From Chiloscyllium plagiosum (lineage: Eukaryota), in the NCBI RefSeq assembly GCF_004010195.1, contig NC_057718.1, positions 88,331,355-88,395,354 of the forward strand: DNA of 64,000 nt. The letters are read 5' to 3'. Positions 24,607 to 36,279 of the stretch are shown here, piece by piece. Position 1 is the stretch's first letter, and each line of letters begins with the position of its first letter. The position numbers and the translations under genes are program-made. The notes beneath the pieces were generated by a model. The model searched no databases. It had not been told where the DNA came from and was given only the letters and a program-made list of their open reading frames with translations.

Positions 24607-25493
24607 GAGAACCTGCTTGTTTACCTTATCCAAAATAAAGAATTGACAGCACTTTGTTGTGATTCAGCAAATAATTGGCAACGGATCTGCCTTCATGCGA
24701 GAACTGAAGACGTTTAACAATAGTTTAGGGTAGGTTAACTGCAGAAAGTATAATTACGTGTTTTCATTTGTATTGTAACTTTTTGCAGTTGTGCTCACCA
24801 GGGCAGTCACAGTTAGCTATGTTTTTGTCTGTTATGTGTAATGTAAAACCTAGTTGAGTTAAAGGCAAGTTCAGGGTTGAGTTTGTGTTCCACCACAGAA
24901 CACATAACACATTTGCATGAAGAAATTCAATCCTGGTTGGACCTGATGTTGGTTTCAATCAGTTATTTCAGTCTCAGCTCAGTGATAAAACACTCCTGTG
25001 AAAGATGGTGATTTGAAGCCTGGCTCTAATTACTTGAGCACAAAATGCAAGCTGGCACTCCCATGCAACCTTTCTGATTGTGTAATGTGGAAGGTCTCTG
25101 CTTTAAGACTCTCCTTAAAACTTCCTATTTTAGTCATCTGTCCTAATACTTCACTCCATTCCAACGTTTTGTTTGATAACTCTTGTACACCTTTACTACA
25201 TTAAAGAAGCTATGTAAATACATGTTGTTATTTTTGTTTAGATCAGAGTGGTGCTGAAATGTTATTTTTGTTGACAACACTGCCAGTTGTATCAAGCAGA
25301 TGCCTCCCAATTAGGAGTTTGAGAGTTGTAATAGCTATTGTGTGTGAACCTGAGTCTTTGTTACACAAAGGTCCAGAGTGCAGTCGATGAACAGGCACAT
25401 GGTAACCTATTCAATGTGGAAGAGGAGGAGGAGAGGAATGGTTTATAAAATGCCCGTTAAATTGTATCTTGCTTCATTTTCTTTGTCTTTCAG

Positions 25494-25800
25494 ATTGCCC
25501 AGAAATATCTTGTCCTATTTCCTGAATTGAACAAATGTAATCTCTGATTGCATATTAAAGAATCTATGGGAAAATAATGGACTCAAGGTTCTCTCAACCT
25601 CTCCTGAGAGATTCTGAGGAGTGTAACCAGTTCATGTGATTCTTTATTTCCTCGATCGATCCACTTTGTGTGCTTTGATAGATTAAATCCAGATTTTGAA
25701 ACCCACCCAATGGATCTATTGAATTTTATACACAATTTTTTCAGCAATTGTTAGAAGTATTTAATTTTTTAAACAATTAATATTAAATGACTTGTTTCAA
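25494..25800 (+). other. MTHFD1L: Probable non-coding terminal (3' UTR) exon of the MTHFD1L-like gene; 3' end uncertain
   Basis: Strong acceptor cttcattttctttgtctttcag ending at 25493, non-repetitive AT-rich sequence after it, ATTAAA hexamers at 25554, 25682 and 25782; the upstream exon has a donor 2 nt after its stop codon. Confidence 0.6.
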
Positions 25801-26051
25801 TGTTGCATCTCCATATTTCAGTAATCTTAAGATTTTTGAAACTGAAATGCCTTTGCAATACCTTGTTACATCAACCAAATGTACCTTGAAGGGTAGCAAG
25901 TGTTGTGCATCTATCTTGTATACCAGAGTCCATGAAATAATTGACCAAGGAATCTCAGGCAAACTAAAAATGATGTATGGTACTAACACCTAAGTTGAAA
26001 CTTTATTGCTGGAACAGCACAGCAGGTCAGGCAGCATCCAGGGAACAGGAG

Positions 26052-26087
26052 ATTCGACGTTTCGGGCACAGGCCCTTCTTCAGGAAT
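26052..26087 (-). ncRNA. Minimal type I hammerhead ribozyme (family A, left arm)
   Basis: Exact reverse complement of 26678-26713. Confidence 0.78.
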
Positions 26088-26677
26088 GAGCAGAGAGTGT
26101 TCAGCAGGAGAAGATAAAAGGTAGGGAGGAGGGACTTGGAGGAGGGGCGTTGGAAATGTGATAGGTGGAAAGAGGTCAAGGTGAGGGTGATAGGTCGGAG
26201 TAGGATGGAGGCGGAGAGGTCAAGAAGAAGACTGCAGGCCAGGAAGGCGGTGCCGGGCGGGAGGGATCCGGCTGAGACAAGGGGGGGGGAGGGGGATGAA
26301 GAAACTGGTGAAGTCCAAGTTCATCCCCTGCGGTTGGAGGGATCCCAGTCGGAAGATAAGACGCTCCTCCTCCGACCGTCGCGTTGTTGTGGTTTGGCGG
26401 TGGATGAGTCCAATGACCTGCATATCCTCGGTGGAGTGGGAGGGGGAGTGGAAATGCTGTGCTACAGGGTGATTGGGTTGGCCCAGAGGTGCTCTCTGAC
26501 GGTCCAGCCCGGCACCGCCTTCCTGTCCTGCAGTCTTCTTCTTGTCCTCTCCGCCTCCATCCTACTCCGACCTATCACCCTCCCCTTGACCTCTTTCCAC
26601 CTATCCCATTTCCCACGCCCCTCCTCCAAGTCCCTCCTCCCTACCTTTTATCTTCTCCTGCTGAACACTCTCTGCTC

Positions 26678-26713
26678 ATTCCTGAAGAAGGGCCTGTGCC
26701 CGAAACGTCGAAT
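26678..26713 (+). ncRNA. Minimal type I hammerhead ribozyme (family A, right arm)
   Basis: auuc-CUGAAGA-a-[GGGC cugu GCCC]-GAAA-CG-UC^gaau; 4-bp stem I auuc/gaau; predicted cleavage after 26709. Confidence 0.8.
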
Positions 26714-28087
26714 CTCCTGTTCCCTGGATGCTGCCTGACCTGCTGTGCTGTTCCAGTAATAAAGTTTCAACTTTGATCTCCAACATCTGCAGACCTCACT
26801 TTCTCCACTAACACCTAAGCAAAGCCAAGTATTTGTTAGTTATGAAGACCTATGATTTTGAGGTATTTTCAACCATTTTTCTTTACAAACCCCACAGTTA
26901 TTTCTTGGCTTATATATATTTCTCACTATAAATACAATCAAAATATATTCCATGCAAAGCCATGCTAGTGTTTACAAGGTTTTCTTTCAAATTTATCAGC
27001 TCTGCATCACATGAGTATTATTAGGTAATTTTCTATTTGATTCATCAACATTTTTAGGAAAAAATTAAGGAAAATTTCAAATGATGTTAAAACTTATTGT
27101 GTTTGATTGAAAGGAATTATACTGAGGTAAGAATTATACTAATGTTGGTTTAACCTCTTTGATGCATGAAGCTACCTGATCCCTCACTGAAGTGTCTGTT
27201 TGAATTTGTTTTTTTATGTTTTCATGCTTTTCTGAATCCCTCATTGACTGCTTTCTGGAACAGTGACTGCAGTTTTAACATCTATTCCTCTTCTAACAGT
27301 GTCCTCTCTGAGCACCTTCAGGTGCTGGAGTTCAGTGATGATGAAGGGATTCTGGGAACAATGTTGGTGAATTCTGTACACTTTATTCCTTTTACTTGTG
27401 GTGGGGTCAGTTCGTGTGTCTGTGTCTTTGATAAGTGATTAATGATTAATTTGTTAATGTTTCTTCTTTGTTCTCTGGCTGTATTCCAATGATCACTAAT
27501 TTATCTGTGTTTTGTTCTATTTTGTTTCTAATGAGTATTGAAATACTTTGCAATCCATGTTTACAAGCTAATAAAAATCATGCAAATGTTATTTCAAACT
27601 GACATCACATTATCTCTACGGAATCTTTTGTGTGTGGTTATTTAAATGTACAGTTCAAAAACAGGCCATTTAACCCAACTGGTCCACACCAGTATTTAAG
27701 GCTCATAAGTCTCCTCCCACTGTATTTCATCTCACCTTATCAGCATTCCCTATTATTCCATTCTCTCTTGTGTTTATCTGGCTTCTTAAATGTATATAGG
27801 CTGTTCATCTCAACTATTTTCTGTTCTGATTTATAATTCCATGTTGTCACCATGTTTTGGATGAAGAATTTATTCTTGAATAACTTTTTGGATTTATTTG
27901 TGTTTATCTTAATTTTTATGGGCCCTAGTTTTGTGTTTGCCACAAGTGGAGAAACATTTTTATTACTACTATCTGCAGAATTGTAAGGACTTGTTAGGTC
28001 ATTGTTTAACCTTTTTCTAGAGAAATAGACCCCAGATTGTTCAGTTTTGTGGTCGTTATAATCCCAATCCTAATATCTCTCCTTTTT

Positions 28088-28308
28088 TTGACATGGACAA
28101 CCACAACATGACCTCCCAATGCCTATAGAACAATAAAGGTAAGCAGACCAAATGCTGCCTTCACTATCCTGTCCACCTATGGTTGCACTTTTTCAAGGAA
28201 CTATGAATTTGCACTCCAAGGTCTCTTTGTTCAGCAACATTCCCCAGGATCCTACCATCAAGCGTATAAGTCCTGCCCAGATTTGCCTTTCCAAACTGCA
28301 GCACCTCT
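28088..28308 (-). mobile_element. CR1 RT fragment
   Basis: aacatgacctcccaa..caaggtctctttgttcagcaac..tgcagcacctc matches 33140-33360. Confidence 0.75.
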
Positions 28309-28399
28309 GATATTCAGTAGTGACCTAGTAGAAATTTTCTCTCAATTGGGAAAACTGAAGCCATTGTTTTCTGTCCTTGCTCCAAATTTCATTTCTGAG

Positions 28400-29054
28400 C
28401 TGCTGACTCTATCCATCTCTTTGGGAACACTGAGATTAAGCCAACTGATCGTAATCTTGGTGTCACATTTGATCCCAAAATGACCTTGTGATGACCTGTG
28501 CATACCAACACTAAGTTCATTGCTAACACCATAACATCACCCTTCTTTGTCCTTCTCATCTGCTGCTAAAAACCTCGTTCATATCGTTCTTAGCTCTCGA
28601 TTTGACAGTCCCAGTGTACAGCTGGTTTATCTCCTATCTTGCACCCTGCATAAAACTAAGAGCATCTAAACATTCAAAACCTTCACCATCTGCATCTTAA
28701 GATGTACGATGTCCTGTTAGCCCATTAACCCTGACCTTGCTTACCTACATCGTCTCCCAATCAAGCATCATTCAAATTTTAAAATTTTCATCTTTGTTTT
28801 CAAATCCCTCCATGGCCTTGCCCCACACCATCTTTAAAATGTCTTCAAGCCCCTTGAGATAAAAGTTCTAATTCTGGTTCCTTGTGTCTCAGATTTTAAA
28901 TGGTAGCTGTGTTTTAAGTTACCTGGGTCCTACATTCTGGAAGCCCTTCCTAAACCTCTTTGCCTTTCTAACTCGCCTTCACTTAAAGCTCCTTAAAATT
29001 TACCTTTCTGACTAAGGTTTTTATTGGCTCTCGGTATGTTACTTGGTGTCATAT
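28400..29054 (+). mobile_element. Decayed L2-like LINE 3' region
   Basis: NLGVTFD, LVH..SRFD and L..LHRLPI...FKI-like segments typical of the L2 RT C-terminus. Confidence 0.6.
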
Positions 29055-29067
29055 TTTGTTTTATAAT

Positions 29068-29359
29068 TTGGAGGTGCCGGTATTGAACTGGGGTGTACAA
29101 AGTTAAAAATCTCATAACATCAGGTTATAGTCCAACAGGTTTATTTGGAAGCACCAGCTTTCGGAGCGCTGCTTCTTCCTGGCAACCACCTGATGAAGGA
29201 GCAGCGGTCCAAAAGCTAGTGCTTCCAAATAAACCATGATTTGGAGATGCCGGTGTTGGATTGGGGTGTACAAAGTTTAAAAATCACAACACCAGGAACC
29301 GTTGGACTATAACCAAATAAACCAGTTGGACTATAACCTGGTGTTGTGTGATTGTTAAC
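29068..29359 (-). mobile_element. Penelope-like family B fold-back containing a second, nested family B insertion
   Basis: Outer TSD tttgttttataat at 29055-29067 and 29360-29372; inner TSD ccaaataaacca at 29225-29236 and 29313-29324. Confidence 0.85.
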
Positions 29360-30105
29360 TTTGTTTTATAATGTTCCCAAAAGTCTTGAACGCAGTGACT
29401 TAGTGGGTTAAAATGCATGTCCAGTAAAGATCAGATCCTGAGTTAAAACCTAAGGGGTGTCTGTCCGAGTCTGTTCCATTATTCCTTGGAATGAGATTCA
29501 ATGCTACAAAAATATCAGTTGGTCACCTGAATAGTTCCCACTACAAAATAGTTTCCCTTTTATGTCACTCAATAAAACCTGGAATCTAAACAAAGCCTTT
29601 AAAAATTGATGTTTTAAGCAATGGAAGCAGCTGACCAAATTTCTCACTCAAAGATCTCATGTATTTGGACTTCAGGCAAACGGCTTGGTTTCACCCTTGC
29701 AGTGGAAGAGCCCAAAACAGTTCCTTTCAATCTTTTTTTTTTGGTTTGGCCCAAAAATTGGCTCTTTGTTAATTTGAGATACTTTCTCACCTGGACTTCA
29801 GATTATGCTACAGGTGATTGACCCTGTCTAGACAAAGGGTCAAACTGTCACTAACTGATGAATCATAAAATCTTACAGCATGGGGAGGCGTTTGACCCTT
29901 TCTGCTGTGCCATCCTTTTGAAGGAGCTATCTAATTTCATATCTCACCCTAGGTTTTTCGGGACTGCCTTGCAAATTCCAGAAGTCCTGCTATTCGTAAC
30001 TCTGAAGTCAAGTCCTCTGGGGTGGGGTAGGTTCCTGTGGGAAGGGACAGCCTGTGTGCATTCCATATTGAACAGGAAAAAAAAATGTGGTTGGATGTCA
30101 GGATG

Positions 30106-30435
30106 GGATCGATTTGACTCTGATTCAACATGAAATCTGGATCAGACTGACTTCAGTTTGACCTTAGGACTGGATTACACTGGCCATAGTTTGACATTAG
30201 CATTGGATCAGACATGACTCTGGGTCAGCTTCGGATTGAATCAGACTGACTCAGTTTTGACATTGAGACTGGTTTGAAATGACTCTGGCTCAAATATAGG
30301 ATTGGATCAAAGCAAGTCCAGATCAGCATTAGGATTATATCGGAATAACCCTAGTTTATCATTAGGAGTAGATCAGATAAACCACAGTTTGTCGTAAGGA
30401 CTAAATCGGATTGACTCTGCTTAAACTTTAGGTCT
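30106..30435. repeat. Diverged 33-bp tandem array, 10 units
   Basis: Units start at 30106+33n; approximate consensus GGATCAGACTGACTCNAGTTTGACATTAGGATT. Confidence 0.85.
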
Positions 30436-31550
30436 AGCTTAGCTATAATGATCTGCATTCACTTGTGCTAAAATTTCCATGAAGTCGTTTAATTCTCTAC
30501 ATGCCGAATGATTCAAATACCATCATGTGAACATTTGTAACTCTCGTCCAGGCTACTGGAAACTTATGCAGCTCCTAAATATCTTTACATTCCAATTTGA
30601 AAACCGAATACAGCAAATGTTGGAAATCTAAGTGACTTGGCATTTTAATTGTTTTAGTTTCAGTCATTTAGTGAATTATTGCCTTGGGGCAAAGATGTCT
30701 GAAGACCACATCCTAATTTCATCCTGAAAAATCATCAACCCTATTTGTCACAGGATGCTATCATCTTGTTTTTATTCCCCAAATAGTTTGGTTCCATTTC
30801 TTTCATGTGCTACTTGGCTGTCAAGTTTGACAGTGTAGCTATATGTACTAGTCAATTGAAGCACTTTCAGTTGGAACTGACTCTAAGTTTTTATGGGCAA
30901 GAGATGCTTTGCTAATTTGTATCAGATCACTGTAGTATCCAAAGTAGGCCTTCGTTTTCTTCTTTAACATTGTGTTGGTGGCTGGTTTTATTTCTATAGA
31001 AATGCGCTTATGTACTGTATGTAGTCTAATGTTACCATGTCAAAAGTGGGCCTCATCTTGCATAAGAATGTTACAAAGAATTACATTGTCACTTTGATCT
31101 TCGAGTTTGATCTGTCATTCAACAAGGCTAACTATCCTCTACCTCAGCCCTATCTTCTCATTCTATTTCCGTGTCTCTTAACTTGTTTAGTGAGAATAAA
31201 TAAGCATTGATTTTTGTCCTGAATATTCTCAAAAAGTGATCATCTGCCATACATTCTTGGTCTTTTACCTGTGGATTTAAACAGTCACTGGTTAGACAAT
31301 AGCTATCAGACACTCTGACCTTGGGATTTGGCAGAGTAGAATTATTCTTTTTGCGGCCAAGCTGCCACCATTCTTCTCAGCCCCTATTCCATGGCACCAT
31401 TAGTGATATAGTGTGATGGCTACTAACACATGCAATGAGTTCTGAATCTATCAATGTTCTCATTACCCTGCCTCTGACAATAGCTGCTATCCCAGGTCTA
31501 AGTGTCTTCATCTATTCTATAATCAACAGAACACTGTGCATCCAAATCCA

Positions 31551-31780
31551 TGATTTGGAGATGTACTATCATGGTATTCGAACAGATGAAAGACTCAACA
31601 AACAATCAAGGTATTTTTCAATGTGTCATTTCAATTACATCACACTGTAAACTTTTGCTATAAATTCTGTGTCTTACAATTGTGTCCTCCACAACCACCT
31701 GATGAAGGAGCAACGCTCTGAAAGCTAGTGCTTCCAATTAAACCTGTTGGACTATAACCTGGTGTTGTGTGATTTTTTAA
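31551..31780 (+). mobile_element. Penelope-like family B insertion (longer terminal repeat with a short inverted tail remnant)
   Basis: Starts tgatttggagatg (reverse tail); degenerate 12-bp TSD catccaaatcca at 31539-31550 and cattctaatcca at 31781-31792. Confidence 0.78.
31696..31730 (+). ncRNA. Minimal type I hammerhead ribozyme (family B)
   Basis: cac-CUGAUGA-a-[GGAGC aac GCUCU]-GAAA-GC-UA^gug; stem I cac/gug; palindromic AGCU stem III. Confidence 0.75.
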
Positions 31781-32054
31781 CATTCTAATCCAGTGATACA
31801 TGAATAGTATGCTTGTCATTTTGTTAAATTTAGGTATTTGTCCTTTGAAACTGTGTCACTGCTTGGCTCAGGAACCAATCTCAGAGCCCAACCTTTGAGC
31901 TGTACATGGCCATCTTGGGAAGATACTGGAAATCTTAGCCGCTGTACCCAGATCATTCTCAAACATTGTTTAGTATAAATCTCTGTGACATATAAATCTT
32001 TGGTTCTGGAAGGAGTGAGAAAACCGGAAACTATGGGCCAATATCTTAACATAT

Positions 32055-32545
32055 GTCATAGGGAAGACGTCAGCACCTATGATTAAACTTGTCAGAGCAG
32101 GGCACTTAAAGTTCAAAGTAATAAGGCAGAGTCAACATGGTCTTGTGAAAGAAAAATCATGTTCAGCCAATTTATTGGATTTCTTTGAAGAAGTAACGTA
32201 CATGGATAAAGGGGAATCAGTGGATAGACTATTCTTGGATTTCCAGAAGGTGGTTAACAAGCAAGGTTGGTGTAGAAAACAAAAGCACATGGTGCAGGGC
32301 ATAACATATTGACGTGGATAGGAGATTGACTGACACTGCCATAAAAGGGATGTAATTGATGGTGTTACATATGATTCAATAGTGAAGCCTCAACCTTTCA
32401 CAATTTTTACAAATGGATGAAGTGATCAAAGGTACATTAGCTAAATTTGTTGTGGAGCAGACATGAGGCTATAAACGAATATAGACAGATAGGTAGATAC
32501 CTCACAAGTGGTGTATATTGTATGAAAATATAAAATTGTCTATTT
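32055..32545 (+). mobile_element. Old CR1 RT fragment
   Basis: ORF 32079-32312 (SQHGLVKEKSCSANLLDFFEEVT..LDFQK). Confidence 0.75.
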
Positions 32546-34063
32546 CATCAAGAATTTATAAAAATATATTTATATATAATCTAAATAGTCATAGCGAAGT
32601 ACAGCATGGAAATGGACCCTTCAGTCCAACTCGTCCATGCTGACCAGATATCCTAACCTAATCTAGTCCCATTTGCCAGCACTGGCCCGTAACCTCCTAA
32701 ACCTTTCCTATTCACATACCCATCCAGGTGCCTTTTAAATGCTGCAATTGTACCAGCCTCCTCCACTTCTTCTGGTAGTTCATTGCATACACGCACCACA
32801 CTCTGCGTGAAAAAGTTGCCCCTTAGGTCCTTTTTATATCTTTCGCCTCTCACTCTAAACCTATGCCCTCGATTTCTGAACTTCCCCCACCCCAAGGAAA
32901 AGATTTTGTCTATTTATCCTATCCATGCCTCTCATGATTTTTTCAACCTCTCTAAGGTCACCCCTCAGCCTCCAATGCTCCAGGAAAAACAGCCCTAGCC
33001 TATTCAGCCTCTCCATATAGCTCAAATCCTCCCAAGCTTGGCAACATGCTTGTAAATCTTTATGAACACAACATCCTTCCAATGGGACGGAGACCAGAAT
33101 TGCATGCATTATTCTAAAAGTGGCCTAACCAACGTCCTGGAAGCCACAACATGACCTCCCAACTCCTGTATTCAATGCTTTGACCAATAAAGGAAAACAT
33201 ACCAAACGCTGCCTTCATTATCCTATCTGCCTGTGACTCTACTTTCAAGGAGTTATGAACCTGCTCTCCAAGGTCTCTTTGTTCAGCAACACTCCCAAGG
33301 ACCTTCCCATTAAGTGTATAAGTCCTGCTAAAATTTGTTTTTCCAAAATGCAGCACCTCGCATTTATCCAAATTAAACTCCTTCTGCCACTCCTCAGCCC
33401 ATTGGCCCATCTGATCAAGAGCCCATTGTAATCTGAGGTAACCTTCTTCTCTGTCCACTGCACCTCCAATTTTGGTGTGATCTGCAAACTTACTAATGAT
33501 ACCTCTTATGTTCACATCCAAATCATTTATGTAAATGACAAAAAGTAGTGGACACAGCATTGCTCCTTGAGGCACTCTACTGGTCACAGGCCTCCAGTCT
33601 GAAAAACAGCCCTCCATCACCACCCTCTGTCTTCTACATTCGAGCCAGTTCTATATCTAAAAGGCTAGTTCTCTCTGTATTCCATGAGCTCTAACCTTGC
33701 TAACCAGTCTCCCATAGGGAACCTTGTTGAACACCTTACTGAAGTCCATATAGATCACGTATGTGGCTCTGCCCTCATCAATCCTCTTTGTTACTCAATC
33801 CAGTTTGTGACACATGATTTCCCACAGACAAAGCCATGATGACTGTCCTTAATTGGTTCTTGCCTTTCCAAGTACATGTGAATTCTGTTCTTCAGGATTC
33901 CCTCCAACAACTTGCCCACAACCAATGTCAGGCTCGCAAGTCTATAGTTTCCTGACTTGTCCTTACCACCTTTCTTAAATAGTGGCACCACATTAGCCAA
34001 TCTCCAATCATCCGGTCCTCACTTATGACTATCGATGATACCACTTTTAAAAATTTGTTTTTT

Positions 34064-34419
34064 GGGTGACATGGCGCAGTGGTTAGCACTGCTGCCTCAC
34101 AGTGCCAGGGACTGGGTTCAATTCCAGCCTCGGGCACTGTCTCTGTGGAGTTTGTGCAAACTCCCCGTGTCTGCATGGCTTTCCTCCAGGTGCTCTGGTT
34201 TCCTTCCACAGTCTGAAGATGTGCAGGTTAGGTGGATTGGCCATGCTAAATTGCCCATAGTGTACAGGGATGTGTAGGTTAGGCGCATTAGTCAGAGGTA
34301 AAATGTGGAGTAATGCGGTAGGGGAATGGGTCTGGGTGGGTTGCTCTTAGGAGGGTTGGTCTAGACTTGTTGGGCCGAAGGGCCTGTTTCCGCATTGTAG
34401 GAATTCTATGATTCTATGA
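34064..34419 (+). mobile_element. HE1-related SINE, second subfamily with (ATTCTATG)n tail, nested in CR1
   Basis: tRNA-like head tggcgcagtggttagcac..ggttcaattcc; host CR1 resumes at 34420. Confidence 0.85.
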
Positions 34420-36142
34420 AATATCTCAACAAGGCGCCCAGCAATCACTTCCCTAGCTTCCCACAGAGTTCTGGGGTACACCTGATCAGGTCCTGGGGAT
34501 TTATCCACTTTTATGGATAATGTAATATGGGCATTTTTTCAATATGTCACCATCCATTTCCCCACATTCTATATCTTCCATGTCCTTCTCCACTGTAAAC
34601 ACTGATGCAAAATACTCGTTTAGTATCTTCCCCCATCTCCTGCAGCTTCACACATAGGCTGCCTTGTTGACCTTTGAGAGACCCTATTTTCTCCCTAGTT
34701 ACCCTTTTGTTCTTAATGTATTTATAAAAACCCTTTGGATTCTCCTTAACCAAAGCTATCTCATGTCCCCTTTATGCCCTCCTGATTTTCCACTTACATA
34801 TCCTCCTACTGTCTTTATGCTCTTCTAAGGATTCTCTCGATCTCTCCTGTCTATACCTGATATATGCTTTCTTCTTTTTCTTAAACAAAACCTCCGGTCA
34901 TCCAGCATTCCCTACACCTACCAGCCTTTCCTTTCACCCTAACAGGAATATATTGTCTCTGGACTCTTGTTATCTCGTTTTTGAAGGCTTCCCATTTTCT
35001 AGCCATTCCTTTACCTGTGAACAACTGCCCCCCCAGTCAGCTTTTGAAATTGCTTGCCTAATACCGTCAGAGTTAGGCTTCCTCCAATTTAGAACTTCAA
35101 CTGTTCGATCTGGTCCATCCTTTTCCTTCACGATTTTAAAACTAATAGGATTATGGTCGCTGGCCCCAAAGTGCTCCACCACTGACACCTCAGTCACCTG
35201 CCCTGCATTTTTTCCCAAGACTGGGTCAAGGTTTGCACTTTCTGTAGTAGGAACATCCGCATATTGAATCAGAAAACTTTGTTGTAGACACTTAACAAAT
35301 TCCTCTCCACCTAAACCCAGTCCTCTGCTTTGTCACTGCCTGCCCTGACTGTTTGAGTCGCTATCTTTCTCAACTGTACCAGTCTCAGATGATCTTTTTC
35401 CTCATTATTTCCCTGTCCCGCCCCAACCCTACTAGTTTAAATCCTCCTGAGCAGTTTTAGCAAATCTCCCTGCCAGTATATTAGTCCCCTTCCAATTCAG
35501 GTGCAATCCGTCCTCCTTGTACAGGTCACTTCTACCTCAGAAGAGATTTCAATAATCCACAAACGTGAACCCTTCTCCCACACACCAGCTCCTTAGCCAC
35601 ACATTGATCTGCTCTATCCTCCTATTCATACCCTCACTAGCTCATAGCACTGGGAGTAATTCAGATATTACTACCCTTGAGGACCTGCTTTTTAAATTCC
35701 TGCCTAGCTTTCTATATTCTCCCTTCAGAATTTCATCCTTTTCCCTTCCTATGCCGTTGGTTCCAATGTGTACAATGACCTGCTGGTCCCTCTTCCCCCC
35801 CCCTCCCCCTTGAGAACATATTGCACCCTCTCTGAGACTATCTTGATCCTGGCAACAGGGAGGCAAAACACCATTCTGAATTTTTGCTGCTGGCCACAGA
35901 AATGACTGACTGTGCCTCTGACTAGAGAGTGCCCCATCACAATTGATCGCTTGGAATCCAACATACCCCTCATTACATTAGAACCTGTTTTGATACCAGA
36001 AGCTTCTCTGTTCATGCTACGTTTCCCTGAGAGTCCATCACCCCCTACATTTTCCATAACAGCATACGTATTTGAAATGGGGATAGCTACAGAAGACTCC
36101 TGCACTACCTGCCTACCTCTCCCACCTTTCCTGGACCCATCT

Positions 36143-36279
36143 TTGCTCTTCATTCCTGATGAAGGGCTTATGCCCGAAATGTCGATTCTTTTGGTCCTCG
36201 GATGCTGCCTGACCCGCTGTGCTTTTTCAGCACCACATTCTCGTCTGATCTCCAGCATCTGCAGTCCTCACATTCTCCT
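36143..36279 (+). mobile_element. Penelope-like family A terminal repeat with tail, nested in CR1 ORF1
   Basis: cattcctgatgaagggcttatgcccgaaatgtcgatt...tgatctccagcatctgcagtcctcacattctcc. Confidence 0.8.

Larger units (their letters stand above)
25995..26806. mobile_element. Penelope-like element, family A, with inverted pseudo-LTRs and a GIY-YIG endonuclease remnant
   Basis: 267-bp arms 25992-26258 and 26507-26773 (about 6 mismatches), 33-nt tail, 13-bp TSD actaacacctaag at 25982-25994 and 26807-26819; minus ORF 26220-26423 RRSEEERLIFRLGSLQPQGMNLDF is typical of a PLE GIY-YIG C-terminus. Confidence 0.9.

Noticed and set aside
26136..26738. 200-aa ORF as a novel protein-coding gene
   Set aside because: It lies wholly inside the inverted-repeat PLE and is antisense to the GIY-YIG remnant; no host-gene features.
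30106..30435. CRISPR array or intact repeat-protein exon
   Set aside because: Eukaryotic context, no repeat/unique-spacer alternation, and stops in the frames translated.
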